64,000 nucleotides of DNA from an uncultured Actinomycetes bacterium (GTDB lineage Bacteria > Actinomycetota > UBA4738 > JBBDTT01): assembly GCA_963742735.1 (NCBI GenBank), contig CAVUMN010000004.1, forward strand, positions 1,216,001 to 1,280,000. The letters are read 5' to 3'. Below, piece by piece: positions 32,691 to 42,455 of this stretch (position 1 is its first letter; each line of letters begins with the position of its first letter). The notes beneath the pieces were generated by a model that was not told the DNA's origin, did not search any database, and saw nothing but the letters and a program-made list of their open reading frames with translations. Made by a program: the position numbers and the translations under genes.

Positions 32691-34205
32691 TCAGCCCGGG
32701 TGCACCGGCTGCGCCAGGGGCTGCAGGCGCGCGCGGAACTCCTTGTGCGCCACGGCGAACAGGAACCAGGCGGTGAACGTCACCCGCGTGGTCTCCAGCC
32801 AGTTGTCCAGGAAGCCCATCTGCAGCAACGTCAGGAAGGCGACCATGCTCGCGAGGAGCAACGCGGGAAGTGGGTCACCCGGCCGGGCTCGAGCCATGGC
32901 GAACACGGCCATCCGCTGGGACCTCAGGAACGGTCCGACGTACAGGGCGAGGATCAGCACGAGACCCCCCAGTCCCAGCTCCGCGAGCAGGGCGACGTAG
33001 GACGAGAACGGCGTCGCCAGGCCCTCCGAGCCGAAGATCGATCCGGCGGTGGTGAGCTGGGGCAGGACGTATTTCGTGCTCACGTCCGTGGCGTAGCCCT
33101 CGCCCGTCAGGGCCTCGACGTAGGGGCCGGCGACGTCGGCGTGACCTCCGATCTCGTCGACGAGCGAGAACGTCCGCCACGAACGGCTCGAGTAGGCCCC
33201 CCCGCCGGCTCCGGTCAGGACGAGGCGCGGGTCGTCGTTGAACATCTGGCCGACGTTCCGCACCGCGTTCACCTTGCCGGCCACCAGCGCGCCCGGCTCC
33301 TCCCGGATGGCCGAGATGGCCCGGTCGAACCTGAGCAGCGGGAACCGTGAGAGGACGAGGGTGAACATGAGGAACACCGCCGCGACCGCCACCGCGGCGA
33401 CGAGCATCCCCCGACCCCGGGACCGGGCCAGCAGCATGCCCAGCGCCAGGATCGCCACGAACGTGCTGACCAGCAGGGCCCGGTACTGGGCCAGGAAGAT
33501 CACCAGGAGCGTGGCGCCACCGAGCGGGATGGCGAAGCGGGCGGCCCGCCGCCGTGGCTCGAAGGTCGCGATCCCGGCTAGCAGGGCGCCGAACACCAGC
33601 AGGAAGAAGACGAGCTGGTAGGCGTTCTCCCCGAACGTGCCGCTGATCAGGTCGGGATTCTGGTCTCCGGCGAACCGAGGCAGATCGATCACCACGACCA
33701 CCGCGAACTGCAGCATGGCCAGTCCGACGAACGCCTTCGACATGGAGCCGGCCTGCCCGACTGGCCAGATCCGGTACACGACCAGGTACACGACGACCGG
33801 GGAGGCCACCAGGTAGATGAACAACAGCGCGGGCATCGGCGCCACGCGGCTCACGTTGGTCACGAGCGACAGCCCCCACAGGGCGATGAGCGCGATCACG
33901 TACCCGCCGAACGCCGGTCCCGATCGTCCGCGCGATCGCTCGGTGCTCGGGGCGATCACCGACCACAGCACCAGCGCGCCGACGATCGGCACGTCCACGA
34001 AGTTGAAGAACCGGGGGAGGACGTGGACGACCTCCGTGAACAGGCGGATGACCACCAGGGTCACCAGCGAGCCGATCACGAGGTTCCGGGACAGGCGATC
34101 CGTCCCCGTGACCCGAGCCTCGAAGCGGGCCTCCGCCGGCGCACGCTCCGCCGGATCGACGGGTGCGCTGGGCGCGGAGCGGAGCGGCGTGATCCGGGTG
34201 GCCAT
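32691..34205 (-). CDS. Polytopic membrane protein, probable Wzy polymerase/ligase
   Basis: About 10-12 TMs, SGTFGEN loop, large loop with LTGAGGG, LAELGLGG; lies among GT genes. Confidence 0.65.
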   Translation of the reverse strand: MATRITPLRSAPSAPVDPAERAPAEARFEARVTGTDRLSRNLVIGSLVTLVVIRLFTEVVHVLPRFFNFVDVPIVGALVLWSVIAPSTERSRGRSGPAFGGYVIALIALWGLSLVTNVSRVAPMPALLFIYLVASPVVVYLVVYRIWPVGQAGSMSKAFVGLAMLQFAVVVVIDLPRFAGDQNPDLISGTFGENAYQLVFFLLVFGALLAGIATFEPRRRAARFAIPLGGATLLVIFLAQYRALLVSTFVAILALGMLLARSRGRGMLVAAVAVAAVFLMFTLVLSRFPLLRFDRAISAIREEPGALVAGKVNAVRNVGQMFNDDPRLVLTGAGGGAYSSRSWRTFSLVDEIGGHADVAGPYVEALTGEGYATDVSTKYVLPQLTTAGSIFGSEGLATPFSSYVALLAELGLGGLVLILALYVGPFLRSQRMAVFAMARARPGDPLPALLLASMVAFLTLLQMGFLDNWLETTRVTFTAWFLFAVAHKEFRARLQPLAQPVHPG

Positions 34206-34217
34206 GTTCGGCCAATC

Positions 34218-35792
34218 CTAGAGAACGTCGCGCGCGGCGCGGGGGTTTCGCCCGGGCTGTGCCCCGGACGCCAGCCCCAGCCGGATCGCGGCCATCCACG
34301 CGTCCACGGAATGCTCCAGGGTCCACCGGCGTCTCACGGTCGCCGCGGCCGCCTCCCCCAGGCGCGCCCGCTCCGCCGGGTCGGCCAGACGCTCGAAGGC
34401 GCTCGCCCACGCGTCGGGGTCGGGATCGCCGACCACGAGCGCGTTGTGCCCGTCGACGCACAGGTCCGAGGCGGCGCCGGGCCGGTTCGAGGTCGCCGTG
34501 GCCAGCCCGGCCCCCATCGCCTCGAGCAGGACGAGCCCGAACACGTCGACCCCCGACGGAAAGGCGAACGCGTCGGCGCGGGCGTACGCCTGGTGGATCC
34601 GGTCCGAGGGGACCGGTCCCAGCAGGCGAACGCGATCGCCCAGCGGCTCGGCGAGGGCGCGCAGGGCCTCCAGCCCGGCCCCCCCGCCGGCGACGGTCAG
34701 CCGCACCTCGAGGGACGGTCGCGCGGCCAGGGCGCGGATCAGCAGGTCCACGTGCTTCCCCGGCGTGGACAGGTCGGCGATGGTGAGGACCTCCAGCGGT
34801 CCGTCCGGTGTCGCCCGAGGGGGCCCGGGGGCGGGAATCGGCGCCGCGTTGCGAACGATCGCCACCGGGAGCCCCGGGTTGAGTGCGGCGAGGTAGTCGG
34901 CCGCCTCGATGCCGTAGGCCGCCCCGAACGCCGCGCTCGACAGCAGCCGCCGGCGCCCGCGCTCGCCCACGCCGGGGTTGCGAGCCGTGGAGCGAGACGT
35001 GGCGCCGCTCCAGATGCCCACCGGGATCCGCCGTCGCCGGCCGAAGCGGAGGACCCTCCCGGCCACCAGCGGCGAGAGCGATCCCGCGATCATCAGGGTG
35101 GGGGCGAAGGCCCCAAGCGCGCGTTCCAGGTCCAGGGAGACGAACAGCTTGCGAGCGGGCGACAGGGGGACGCCCAGGCTGCGCAGGAACACGTGGTCGA
35201 ACCGCAGCTCGCCGGGGCGCATCCACGCTCGCCGCCGGTAGGTCCGGGCCAGGAAGAGGACCCGGAGGTGCGCGCCGTCGGCGTCCAGCCGTGCGGACAG
35301 GGCCTCGAACAGCGGGACGCGGTAGTGGGCCGGGATGTTCGTGACGACCGCCAGCCGAGCGCCGGCGAGGTCGGCGTCGCCGGCCACCGCCGCGGGGGGC
35401 TGCGGCGGGTCGCCGGCGGCCCACAGGGCCTCGACCAGGCCCGCGAACGTGGCCCGCTCGAGCCCGGAGCCCTCGGGGTCGGCCCCCAGGACCAGCCCGG
35501 GCCCGCCCCCGGGACGCAGCAGGGCCGCCCGCAGGTTGGACGCGGACGGGTAGACCGCGACGGCGTCCCCGATCGACGGTTCCCCCTGGAGGAACCGAAC
35601 TCGCTCGCCCAGGCCGAAGGCGCGGACCAGGGCCTCCAGCCGCGGGCGATCCGGCCCGTCTCCCCAGAGGTCGAGCGTGGTGGCCGCGGGGGCCTGGGCG
35701 AGCGCGTGAACGAGGACGTCGAGCCGCTCTTCGGGCGCGAACGTCGCCGAGGACGCCACCAGCCGGCGGTACGGCGCCGCGGGCGGCTTCAC
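34218..35792 (-). CDS. Glycosyltransferase family 4 with an extra N-terminal partial GT-B domain
   Basis: TNIPAHYRVPLF, KHVDLLIRA, DVFGLVLLEAMGAG; N-terminal GDGPDRPRLEAL..GLGERVRF. Confidence 0.85.
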   Translation of the reverse strand: MKPPAAPYRRLVASSATFAPEERLDVLVHALAQAPAATTLDLWGDGPDRPRLEALVRAFGLGERVRFLQGEPSIGDAVAVYPSASNLRAALLRPGGGPGLVLGADPEGSGLERATFAGLVEALWAAGDPPQPPAAVAGDADLAGARLAVVTNIPAHYRVPLFEALSARLDADGAHLRVLFLARTYRRRAWMRPGELRFDHVFLRSLGVPLSPARKLFVSLDLERALGAFAPTLMIAGSLSPLVAGRVLRFGRRRRIPVGIWSGATSRSTARNPGVGERGRRRLLSSAAFGAAYGIEAADYLAALNPGLPVAIVRNAAPIPAPGPPRATPDGPLEVLTIADLSTPGKHVDLLIRALAARPSLEVRLTVAGGGAGLEALRALAEPLGDRVRLLGPVPSDRIHQAYARADAFAFPSGVDVFGLVLLEAMGAGLATATSNRPGAASDLCVDGHNALVVGDPDPDAWASAFERLADPAERARLGEAAAATVRRRWTLEHSVDAWMAAIRLGLASGAQPGRNPRAARDVL

Positions 35793-35799
35793 GCCCGCG

Positions 35800-37389
35800 C
35801 TAGGGGGCGCGACGCAGCGCCCGCTGCAGGGCGCCGGCGACCCGGTCCTGCTCGTCCGCGGTCATCTGTGGATGGAGCGGGAGCGACAGGATCTCCCCGG
35901 CCAGGCGCTCGGTGACGTCCACCGGACGCGGGACCTTCACGCGCCCGGCGTGGGCGGGCTGCAGATGGATCGGCGTCGGGTAGTGGATGCCGGTCTCGAT
36001 GCCCTCGGCGGCCAGCGCCGCGCGGACGTCGTCCCGGTTCGCCACGCGGATCACGAACAGGTGGTAGGCGTGCCGCGCCCAGGGAGCCTCGGCCGGCAGG
36101 GTCACCGGCAGCTCCGCCAGCCGTTCGCGATAACCCTCGGCCAGGCGCCGTCGCCGCTCGACCCAGTCGGCCAGGTGCGGGAGCTTGGCCCGCAGGATCG
36201 CCGCCTGCAGCGCGTCCAGCCGGCTGTTCAGCGCGATCTCGACGTGCGCTCCGCGGCCGTCGCGGCCGAGGTCGCGCAGGACGCGCATCCGGTCGATCAG
36301 CTCGGGCTCGCCGACCACCGCCCCGGCGTCGCCGTAGGCGCCGAGGTTCTTCGAGGGGTAGAAGCTGAACGCCGCGGCGGTGCCCCACGCGCCGGCCGGA
36401 CGGCCGTGGCCGAGGGCGCCGTGGGCCTGCGCGGCGTCCTCGAGGACCGCGACGCCTCGCGCGGCGGTGAGCTCGAGGAGCTCGGGCATCGGGGCGGGGT
36501 GCCCGTACAGGTGCACCGGGATGATCGCCCGGGTCGCGGACGTCAGCAGCGGCTCGACCTGCGCAGCCATGAGCACGTGCAGCTCCGGGTCGACGTCGGC
36601 GACGACGGGGATGGCGCCCACCCCCTCGACCGCCATGGCGGTCGCCGTGAACGTGTTCGCCGGAAGGATGACCTCGTCACCCGGCCCGATCCCGAAGCCC
36701 GCCAAGGCCAGCCGGAGCGCGTCGGTCCCCGAGCCGACCGCGGCGACCGCCCGTCCGGCCACGGCCGCGCCGAACTCGGCTTCGAACGCCTCGACCTCCG
36801 GGCCGCCGATGAACCGGCCCGAGCGGACGACGCGGCCGATGGCGTCCTCGACCTCACGGCCGACCTCGCCGTGCTCCGCGCGTGGGTCGAAGAGCGTGAT
36901 CCCCTCCGAGGTCTCGGGCGGGTTGAGCCGGCGGGCCGGGTTCCCGGCCACGGTCGTATCGGGCGAGACGTCGCGGGTGACGACCGCCCCGGCGCCGACC
37001 ATTGCGCCGGCGCCGATGGTGACACCGGGCAGGATCACCGCGCCGCTTCCGATGGACGCGCGGGACTCGACCACCGCCGGCTCCAGGACCCAGTCGCCGG
37101 GGCCCTTCGTCTCTCCGGACCCGGTGGTCGCGGCCGGCCGCCGGTCGTTCGTGAAGCTGACGTGATGGCCGACGAACACCTCGTCGCCGATGGTGGTCCC
37201 CGCACAGACGAACGTGTGCGACTCGATCTTGCAGCGCTTGCCGATCCGGACGTCCTCCTGCACCTCGACGAACGTCCCGATCAACGTCTCGTCGCCGATC
37301 GAGCAGCCGTACAGGTTGACGAAGTCCATGATCCGGACGTCGCGACCGAGCTCCACGTCGCGGAGCCGCTGCGTCGGGTTCCCGGTCAT
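35800..37389 (-). CDS. Fusion of hexapeptide N-acetyltransferase (WbpD/WlbB-like) and DegT/DnrJ PLP aminotransferase (WbpE/WlbC-like)
   Basis: VNLYGCSIGDET..IGSGAVILPGVTIG..VAGNPAR, then SGTDAL, PVHLYG, EDAAQAHG, FSFYPSKNLG. Confidence 0.9.
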   Translation of the reverse strand: MTGNPTQRLRDVELGRDVRIMDFVNLYGCSIGDETLIGTFVEVQEDVRIGKRCKIESHTFVCAGTTIGDEVFVGHHVSFTNDRRPAATTGSGETKGPGDWVLEPAVVESRASIGSGAVILPGVTIGAGAMVGAGAVVTRDVSPDTTVAGNPARRLNPPETSEGITLFDPRAEHGEVGREVEDAIGRVVRSGRFIGGPEVEAFEAEFGAAVAGRAVAAVGSGTDALRLALAGFGIGPGDEVILPANTFTATAMAVEGVGAIPVVADVDPELHVLMAAQVEPLLTSATRAIIPVHLYGHPAPMPELLELTAARGVAVLEDAAQAHGALGHGRPAGAWGTAAAFSFYPSKNLGAYGDAGAVVGEPELIDRMRVLRDLGRDGRGAHVEIALNSRLDALQAAILRAKLPHLADWVERRRRLAEGYRERLAELPVTLPAEAPWARHAYHLFVIRVANRDDVRAALAAEGIETGIHYPTPIHLQPAHAGRVKVPRPVDVTERLAGEILSLPLHPQMTADEQDRVAGALQRALRRAP

Positions 37390-38408
37390 CGGGCGCCCAC
37401 GGAGTCCGCGACCTGCGCCAGCTCGCCCGAGGCCAGCGAACGCCGGGCCGCGTCGAGCACGGCGAGGACCCGGACGCCGAACCCCCAGTCGGTGTCCGGC
37501 GCGGACCCCCCGGCGGCGGCGGCCACGAACGCCGAGGCCACGCCCCGCAGGGGCTCCTCGGCCGGGAGCCGGGGGACCGTGACGTCGCCCAGGCGAAACG
37601 TCGGCACGATCGAGTCCTCCCGGTCCGGGTCGAACTGCTCCTCGAGGGGGTACACCCGGATCTTCTCGTCGGGGTCCACGTCGTTGTACAGGGCCATGCC
37701 CTCTCGTCCCGCGAGCAGTGCGGTCCGGACCTTGATCGGAGCGAGCCAGGACACGTGGATGAACGCCTGGAACCCGTCGGCGTAGTTGAGGGTGACGTGG
37801 GCCGTGTCAACCGTCCCCCCATCGCGCCCGCGGCCGGTGGCCAGGACCGTCACCGGGTCCCGCCCGAGCACATGCGCCAGGATCGCGACGTCGTGGACGA
37901 CCAGATCCCACACGACGTCGACGTCCGGCTGGAAACGGCCGAGGTTGATGCGCGTGGACTGGTAGTAGTGCGGCTCGCCCAGGCGGCCCTCCTGGACGAG
38001 GGACCGCAGGTACCGCACGGGCGGGCTGTACACGAACGTGAAGTCCACCATGCGGATCCGGTCGCTCCGCTCCGCGGCCTCGGCCATCCGCCGCCCCGCG
38101 TCCAGGGAGTCGGCCATCGGCTTCTCGACCATGACGTGCTTCCCGTTGGCCAGGGCCTCCAGCGCCAGGTCGGGCAGCAGCGCCGCCGGGAGGGCGAGGA
38201 CCACGGCGTCGACCGCGGGGTCCGCGATCAGCGCCTCGGCCGAGGCGTGGGTTCGCAGGTCCGGGTACATCCGGGCGGGCTCGGCCAGGCGGCCGGGATC
38301 CGCGTCGGCGATGGCCGTCACCCGGCACGCCTCGATCGAGCGGAAGTTGCGAAGGAGGTTCGGGCCCCAGTACCCGAGGCCGGCGATGCCGACGCCGAGG
38401 GCGCTCAC
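37386..38408 (-). CDS. Gfo/Idh/MocA oxidoreductase (sugar-nucleotide dehydrogenase, WbpB-like role inferred)
   Basis: GLGYWGPNLLRNF, HVMVEKP, WDLVVHD; start GTG 38408. Confidence 0.88.
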   Translation of the reverse strand: MSALGVGIAGLGYWGPNLLRNFRSIEACRVTAIADADPGRLAEPARMYPDLRTHASAEALIADPAVDAVVLALPAALLPDLALEALANGKHVMVEKPMADSLDAGRRMAEAAERSDRIRMVDFTFVYSPPVRYLRSLVQEGRLGEPHYYQSTRINLGRFQPDVDVVWDLVVHDVAILAHVLGRDPVTVLATGRGRDGGTVDTAHVTLNYADGFQAFIHVSWLAPIKVRTALLAGREGMALYNDVDPDEKIRVYPLEEQFDPDREDSIVPTFRLGDVTVPRLPAEEPLRGVASAFVAAAAGGSAPDTDWGFGVRVLAVLDAARRSLASGELAQVADSVGAR

Positions 38409-38493
38409 GGTCCTGCGGGAGGCCGCATAGTCCTCAAACGGTACTCGACGGACCTGGGGACCGCTATCGTCCTGGCCGACCAAGGAGGCGGCG

Positions 38494-39216
38494 ATCGAAC
38501 GCGAGGAATCGTGGGACGAGCTCCGAAACGTCAACCCCGAGCATCCCGCGCAGGACGTCGGCGGGTCGCGGCGGTTCCGGCCGGGCCTGTTCCGGTTCGT
38601 GGTGGCGGGCGGCCTGGTGCCGCCGGCGCGGGATGACGCCCGGGCCCTCGACGTGGGCGGCGGCATGGCCGAGTTCGCGGAGGTCCTCCGCTCGAAGGGC
38701 TACGCCACCGAGCTCACCGATCTCAGCGCCGCCAACGTCGCCAACGCCGGGGCGCGCGGGTTCACGGCTCACCGCATCGACCTCAACGAGGGGCTGCCCG
38801 GGCTCGAGGACGACGCCTACGACGTCGTCGGCATGCTCGAGATCATCGAGCACGTGGTCGCGTCGGAGCGCCTGCTCGCCGAGGCCGCACGCGTCCTGCG
38901 TCCCGGCGGACTGCTCGTGCTGAGCACGCCGAACTACGGCTTCGTGCAGGAGCGCCTGCAGACCCTGGCGGGTCGTCCGCCCATCGCGGAGGGCTACCAC
39001 TACCGCTTCTTCACGATCCGGTCGATGCGCGAGCAGCTCGCCCGGGCCGGCCTGCGCGTCGTGTCCGAGCGCTTCAGCTCGCCGGCCATCGGCGCGAACG
39101 TCGTGCGCCGCCGCCTGCTGCGCAAGACCGACCGGAAGCACGTGATGATCCCCGGCGGCCTCGCGCCGGCCCTGGCCCAGACGATGTACTTCCTGGCCCG
39201 CAAGCCCCTCAGCTGA
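38494..39216 (+). CDS. Class I SAM-dependent methyltransferase (ATC start at 38494 proposed; first canonical start GTG 38599)
   Basis: ALDVGGG, IDLNEGLP, EIIEHV, RVLRPGG..LSTPN. Confidence 0.8.
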   Translation: MEREESWDELRNVNPEHPAQDVGGSRRFRPGLFRFVVAGGLVPPARDDARALDVGGGMAEFAEVLRSKGYATELTDLSAANVANAGARGFTAHRIDLNEGLPGLEDDAYDVVGMLEIIEHVVASERLLAEAARVLRPGGLLVLSTPNYGFVQERLQTLAGRPPIAEGYHYRFFTIRSMREQLARAGLRVVSERFSSPAIGANVVRRRLLRKTDRKHVMIPGGLAPALAQTMYFLARKPLS

Positions 39217-40411
39217 GCGGGGGGAGGGCGTCGATGAACTCCAGGACTCGCCGCGCCCGGGCGTCCCAGGCGTGCTCGGCGGCGCGGAGCCGTCCCGCCT
39301 TCCCGAGCGCCGCCGCCCGAGCGGGATCGGCGAGCAGCCCGGCCAGGGCCTCGGCCAGCAGCTCGGGGCGCTCCGGAGGGACGAGCACGCCCACGTCGGG
39401 GGTGACGATCTCCCGGGTCGAGCGGTAGTCGGCGGCCACGACCGGGTTCCCACTGGCGAGGTACTCGAAGAGCTTCGCCGGCGACCGGTAGTCGTTGAAC
39501 GCGATCTCCTTCGGGTAGTACATGACGAGCGCGTCGGCGGCGAGCTGATAGCCGTGCACCTCGGACGGCGCCACGAACCCGGTGAACCGGACGTTGGCCG
39601 GGCCGTCCGCCGCGACGCCGGCCCGGAGGGCGGCGACCTGATCCTCGCGGCCGCCGACGATCACCACGGAGACCTGCTCGGGCAGCCGGCGGGCGGTCTC
39701 CAGGAGCAGGTGCACCTCGCGGTAGTCCCGGTGGACCTTCCCGGTGTAGACGACGAGCGGGCCCTCCGGCAGGCCCAGGTCGCGGCGAAGGGTCTCGCGC
39801 GGCGCGCGGGCCGCGTCGATGCGCGCAAGGTCCACCCCGGTATGGGCCACCAGCACCCGGGCGGGATCGACGCCCGTCCGCTCGACCATGTCGTCCGCCA
39901 GGGCCTGGCTGATGCACACGATCCCGTCGAGCCGCCGCATCCGGCGGCGCTGCCCCGCGTCGACCGGCGTGTGGACCTCCAGGACGAGCCGGGCCCGGCC
40001 GCCGAGGAGCCGGCGGGCGAGCGACAGCGGCATCGCCGTCCGCGCGTTGCGGAAGTAGAACGTGGCCGGCCCGCCCCGCAGGCGCCGGCCCGCCGCGGCC
40101 TGCCACACCGAGTACCCGGAGTAGCTCGCGAACCGTTGGACGGTGACGGCACGGTCGGAGCTGTCCTGGCGCAGGAGCGTGGGCAGCGTCCGGAGGCGGA
40201 AGCGGGGCTCGACCCCGTAGACCTCCCACACGCTTCGGGTTCGGGTCGGCTCGTCGAACTCGAGGCGCACGTTCAGGGCGACGAGCTCGACGTCGGCGCC
40301 GGTCTTCGCCACGGCCTCGCAGAACCGCATGATGCACTGGCGGGCGACCCGAGGGATGAGGACGTCCCTGGGGGCGAAGTAGGTGAACGTCGATGGGGCC
40401 GTTGGGGGCAT
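39209..40411 (-). CDS. Glycosyltransferase family 4
   Basis: VYTGKV, VRFTGFV, SPAKLFEYLASGNPVV. Confidence 0.88.
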   Translation of the reverse strand: MPPTAPSTFTYFAPRDVLIPRVARQCIMRFCEAVAKTGADVELVALNVRLEFDEPTRTRSVWEVYGVEPRFRLRTLPTLLRQDSSDRAVTVQRFASYSGYSVWQAAAGRRLRGGPATFYFRNARTAMPLSLARRLLGGRARLVLEVHTPVDAGQRRRMRRLDGIVCISQALADDMVERTGVDPARVLVAHTGVDLARIDAARAPRETLRRDLGLPEGPLVVYTGKVHRDYREVHLLLETARRLPEQVSVVIVGGREDQVAALRAGVAADGPANVRFTGFVAPSEVHGYQLAADALVMYYPKEIAFNDYRSPAKLFEYLASGNPVVAADYRSTREIVTPDVGVLVPPERPELLAEALAGLLADPARAAALGKAGRLRAAEHAWDARARRVLEFIDALPPLS

Positions 40412-40490
40412 CGCCTATCCTCAGTCGTCCGCCGTTCGATCGGGGCGCTTTCGTGCCGGACCCAATCGCGCTGTTCGAATCTACCGCCCC

Positions 40491-41624
40491 ATGAGGGTCC
40501 TGCACTGCCTGTGGTCCGCCGAGGTGGGCGGCGCCGAGCGCGCCCTGTGGCAGTTGGTGGCCGCGCAGCGCCAAGGCCCCGGGGTGGAGCCGGGGGTGCT
40601 CCTCGGCCGGGGCGGCGGCCCGTACGTCGATCGGATCCGCGAGACCGGCGTCCCGGTGGTCGAGCTCGGCGCGCGGTCGGCCCTGGACCCTCGGCTGTTC
40701 GGCCGTGCTCGCCGGGCGATGCGCGGCTGGGAGATCCACCACTTCCACGCGATGGAGCCGGGCCTGATCGCGGCGAGCCTGGCCACCCCCGGCGCGGCGC
40801 GCGTCTTCACCAACCGGGGGGGTACCGCTCCGGAGGACTGGTCCCGCCGGCAGCGCCTCCGCCACCGCGCCGGCGGCCGCATGCTCCGGCGGTTCGACGG
40901 CCTGTCGGCCAACACACGCCACGCGGCGAACGTGGCCGCCCGCCGGTACGGGCTCCGGCCGGAGTCGTTCGTCCTCACCCCGAACGGCATCGACTTCGAC
41001 GCCCTCGAGGTGCGCCGTCCGCGCGAGGAGATCCTCCGCGGGCTGGGGATCGATCCCGCCGGCTTCGTGGTCGGAACCACCGCCGTGCTGCGCCCGCTCA
41101 AGCGCGTCGAGCTTCTCCTGCGGGCGGCGGCGCAGGTCACGGAGGTTCCCTGGACGGTGCTCGTCGTCGGGGACGGGCCGGACCGGGTACGCCTGGAGGC
41201 CGAGGCGGCGCGTCTGGGGATCGCCGAGCGGATGCGGGTCACCGGCACCCTGGAGCGCGTGGCGGACCACGTGGCGGCGATGGACCTGTTCGCGATGACC
41301 TCGGGTGCGCGCGAGTCCTTCGGCAACGCCCTGGTGGAGGCCATGGCCCTCGGCGTCCCCGGCGCGGTCTTCGCGGACTGTCCCGGGGCCCTTGAGCACG
41401 TCCTCGACGGTGAGACGGGGCTGGTCGTGCGCGGCGTTGAGGGTCTGGCCGAGGCGATCAAGGTGATGTCCGCCGACCCCGATCGGAGACGAACGCTGGG
41501 GGAGGCCGCATCCGCCTCGGTTCGTGCGCGGTACTCGATCGAGCGGATGCTGGCCGCGTACCGCGCGCTCTACGAGGACGGCCGCGGGACCCTCGCCCGG
41601 CGGGACGAGCGGAACCGAAGGTGA
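40491..41624 (+). CDS. Glycosyltransferase family 4
   Basis: MRVLH..VGGAER, PNGID, LKRVELLL, ESFGNALVEAMALG. Confidence 0.9.
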   Translation: MRVLHCLWSAEVGGAERALWQLVAAQRQGPGVEPGVLLGRGGGPYVDRIRETGVPVVELGARSALDPRLFGRARRAMRGWEIHHFHAMEPGLIAASLATPGAARVFTNRGGTAPEDWSRRQRLRHRAGGRMLRRFDGLSANTRHAANVAARRYGLRPESFVLTPNGIDFDALEVRRPREEILRGLGIDPAGFVVGTTAVLRPLKRVELLLRAAAQVTEVPWTVLVVGDGPDRVRLEAEAARLGIAERMRVTGTLERVADHVAAMDLFAMTSGARESFGNALVEAMALGVPGAVFADCPGALEHVLDGETGLVVRGVEGLAEAIKVMSADPDRRRTLGEAASASVRARYSIERMLAAYRALYEDGRGTLARRDERNRR

Positions 41625-42325
41625 TGGCCGAGCCACGGCTCCTCGATGGGATAGCGCCCGGCCGGGCGGAACCCGGCTTCGCGCACCGCGTCGGACAGGT
41701 CGTCGACCGTCCCCCAGTGAAGGCTCTCGAACGCGCCCGCGTCCTTGCCCTCGGCGCTGCCCCGCATCGCCTCGAGCAGGAGCAGCCCGCCCGGCTTGAG
41801 CACTCGCCGAACCTCCGCCAGCACGCGGCCGAGGTCGAGCGAGTGATCCAGGGAGTTCGAGAACACCGCGTCGACGGACCCGTCGGGGAACTGGAGCTCG
41901 TGGAAATCGCCCCGCAGGACGTAGCGATCGCCGTCGGCGGGGTTGAGGTCGATGCCGACCGCGAAACAGCCCACGTCGTGGAACGCCTTCACCTCGCTGC
42001 CGATCCGCGCCGCCAGGCACAGGGCCGAGGCACCCGGCCCCACGTCCGGATCCGCCGAGAGCCGCTCGCGCAAGGCGGTCCGGAACCGGAGGTCGTAGTC
42101 GGCCAGATCGCCCTTCAGTGCCACCTTCGCGCTCTGATGGCGCACGTAGTCGTCGTACGAGGGGTAGTCCCGGACCCGGAACGAGCCCTCCTCCCGCCAC
42201 GAACCGGGCGCCCCGAGGCTCTGCCGAAGCGCGGCTCGCTTGCGCCGGTCCCGCAGGGCCAGGACGCGGCGCGGGTCGCGCACGGTCTTCAGCACCTCTC
42301 TGGGGATCCGGGAGAAGACGCCCAT
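41570..42325 (-). CDS. SAM-dependent methyltransferase with atypical motif I (LCLAARIG)
   Basis: YDDYVRHQ..K, ALCLAARIGSEV, GIDL, GDFHELQF..SVDAVFSNSLDH, RVLKPGG. Confidence 0.82.
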   Translation of the reverse strand: MGVFSRIPREVLKTVRDPRRVLALRDRRKRAALRQSLGAPGSWREEGSFRVRDYPSYDDYVRHQSAKVALKGDLADYDLRFRTALRERLSADPDVGPGASALCLAARIGSEVKAFHDVGCFAVGIDLNPADGDRYVLRGDFHELQFPDGSVDAVFSNSLDHSLDLGRVLAEVRRVLKPGGLLLLEAMRGSAEGKDAGAFESLHWGTVDDLSDAVREAGFRPAGRYPIEEPWLGHHLRFRSSRRARVPRPSS

Positions 42326-42455
42326 GCTGGCTCCGGGGGTCGGGGATCTGACCGGCGAGCGTACACCGCGGTGTTCTCGCGGCCGGTTCGTTGACCCGGC
42401 CCATCGACCGTGCCTACGCTTCCGTGCCCCTTCCCCGACCGATCGGCCCCGGCGA

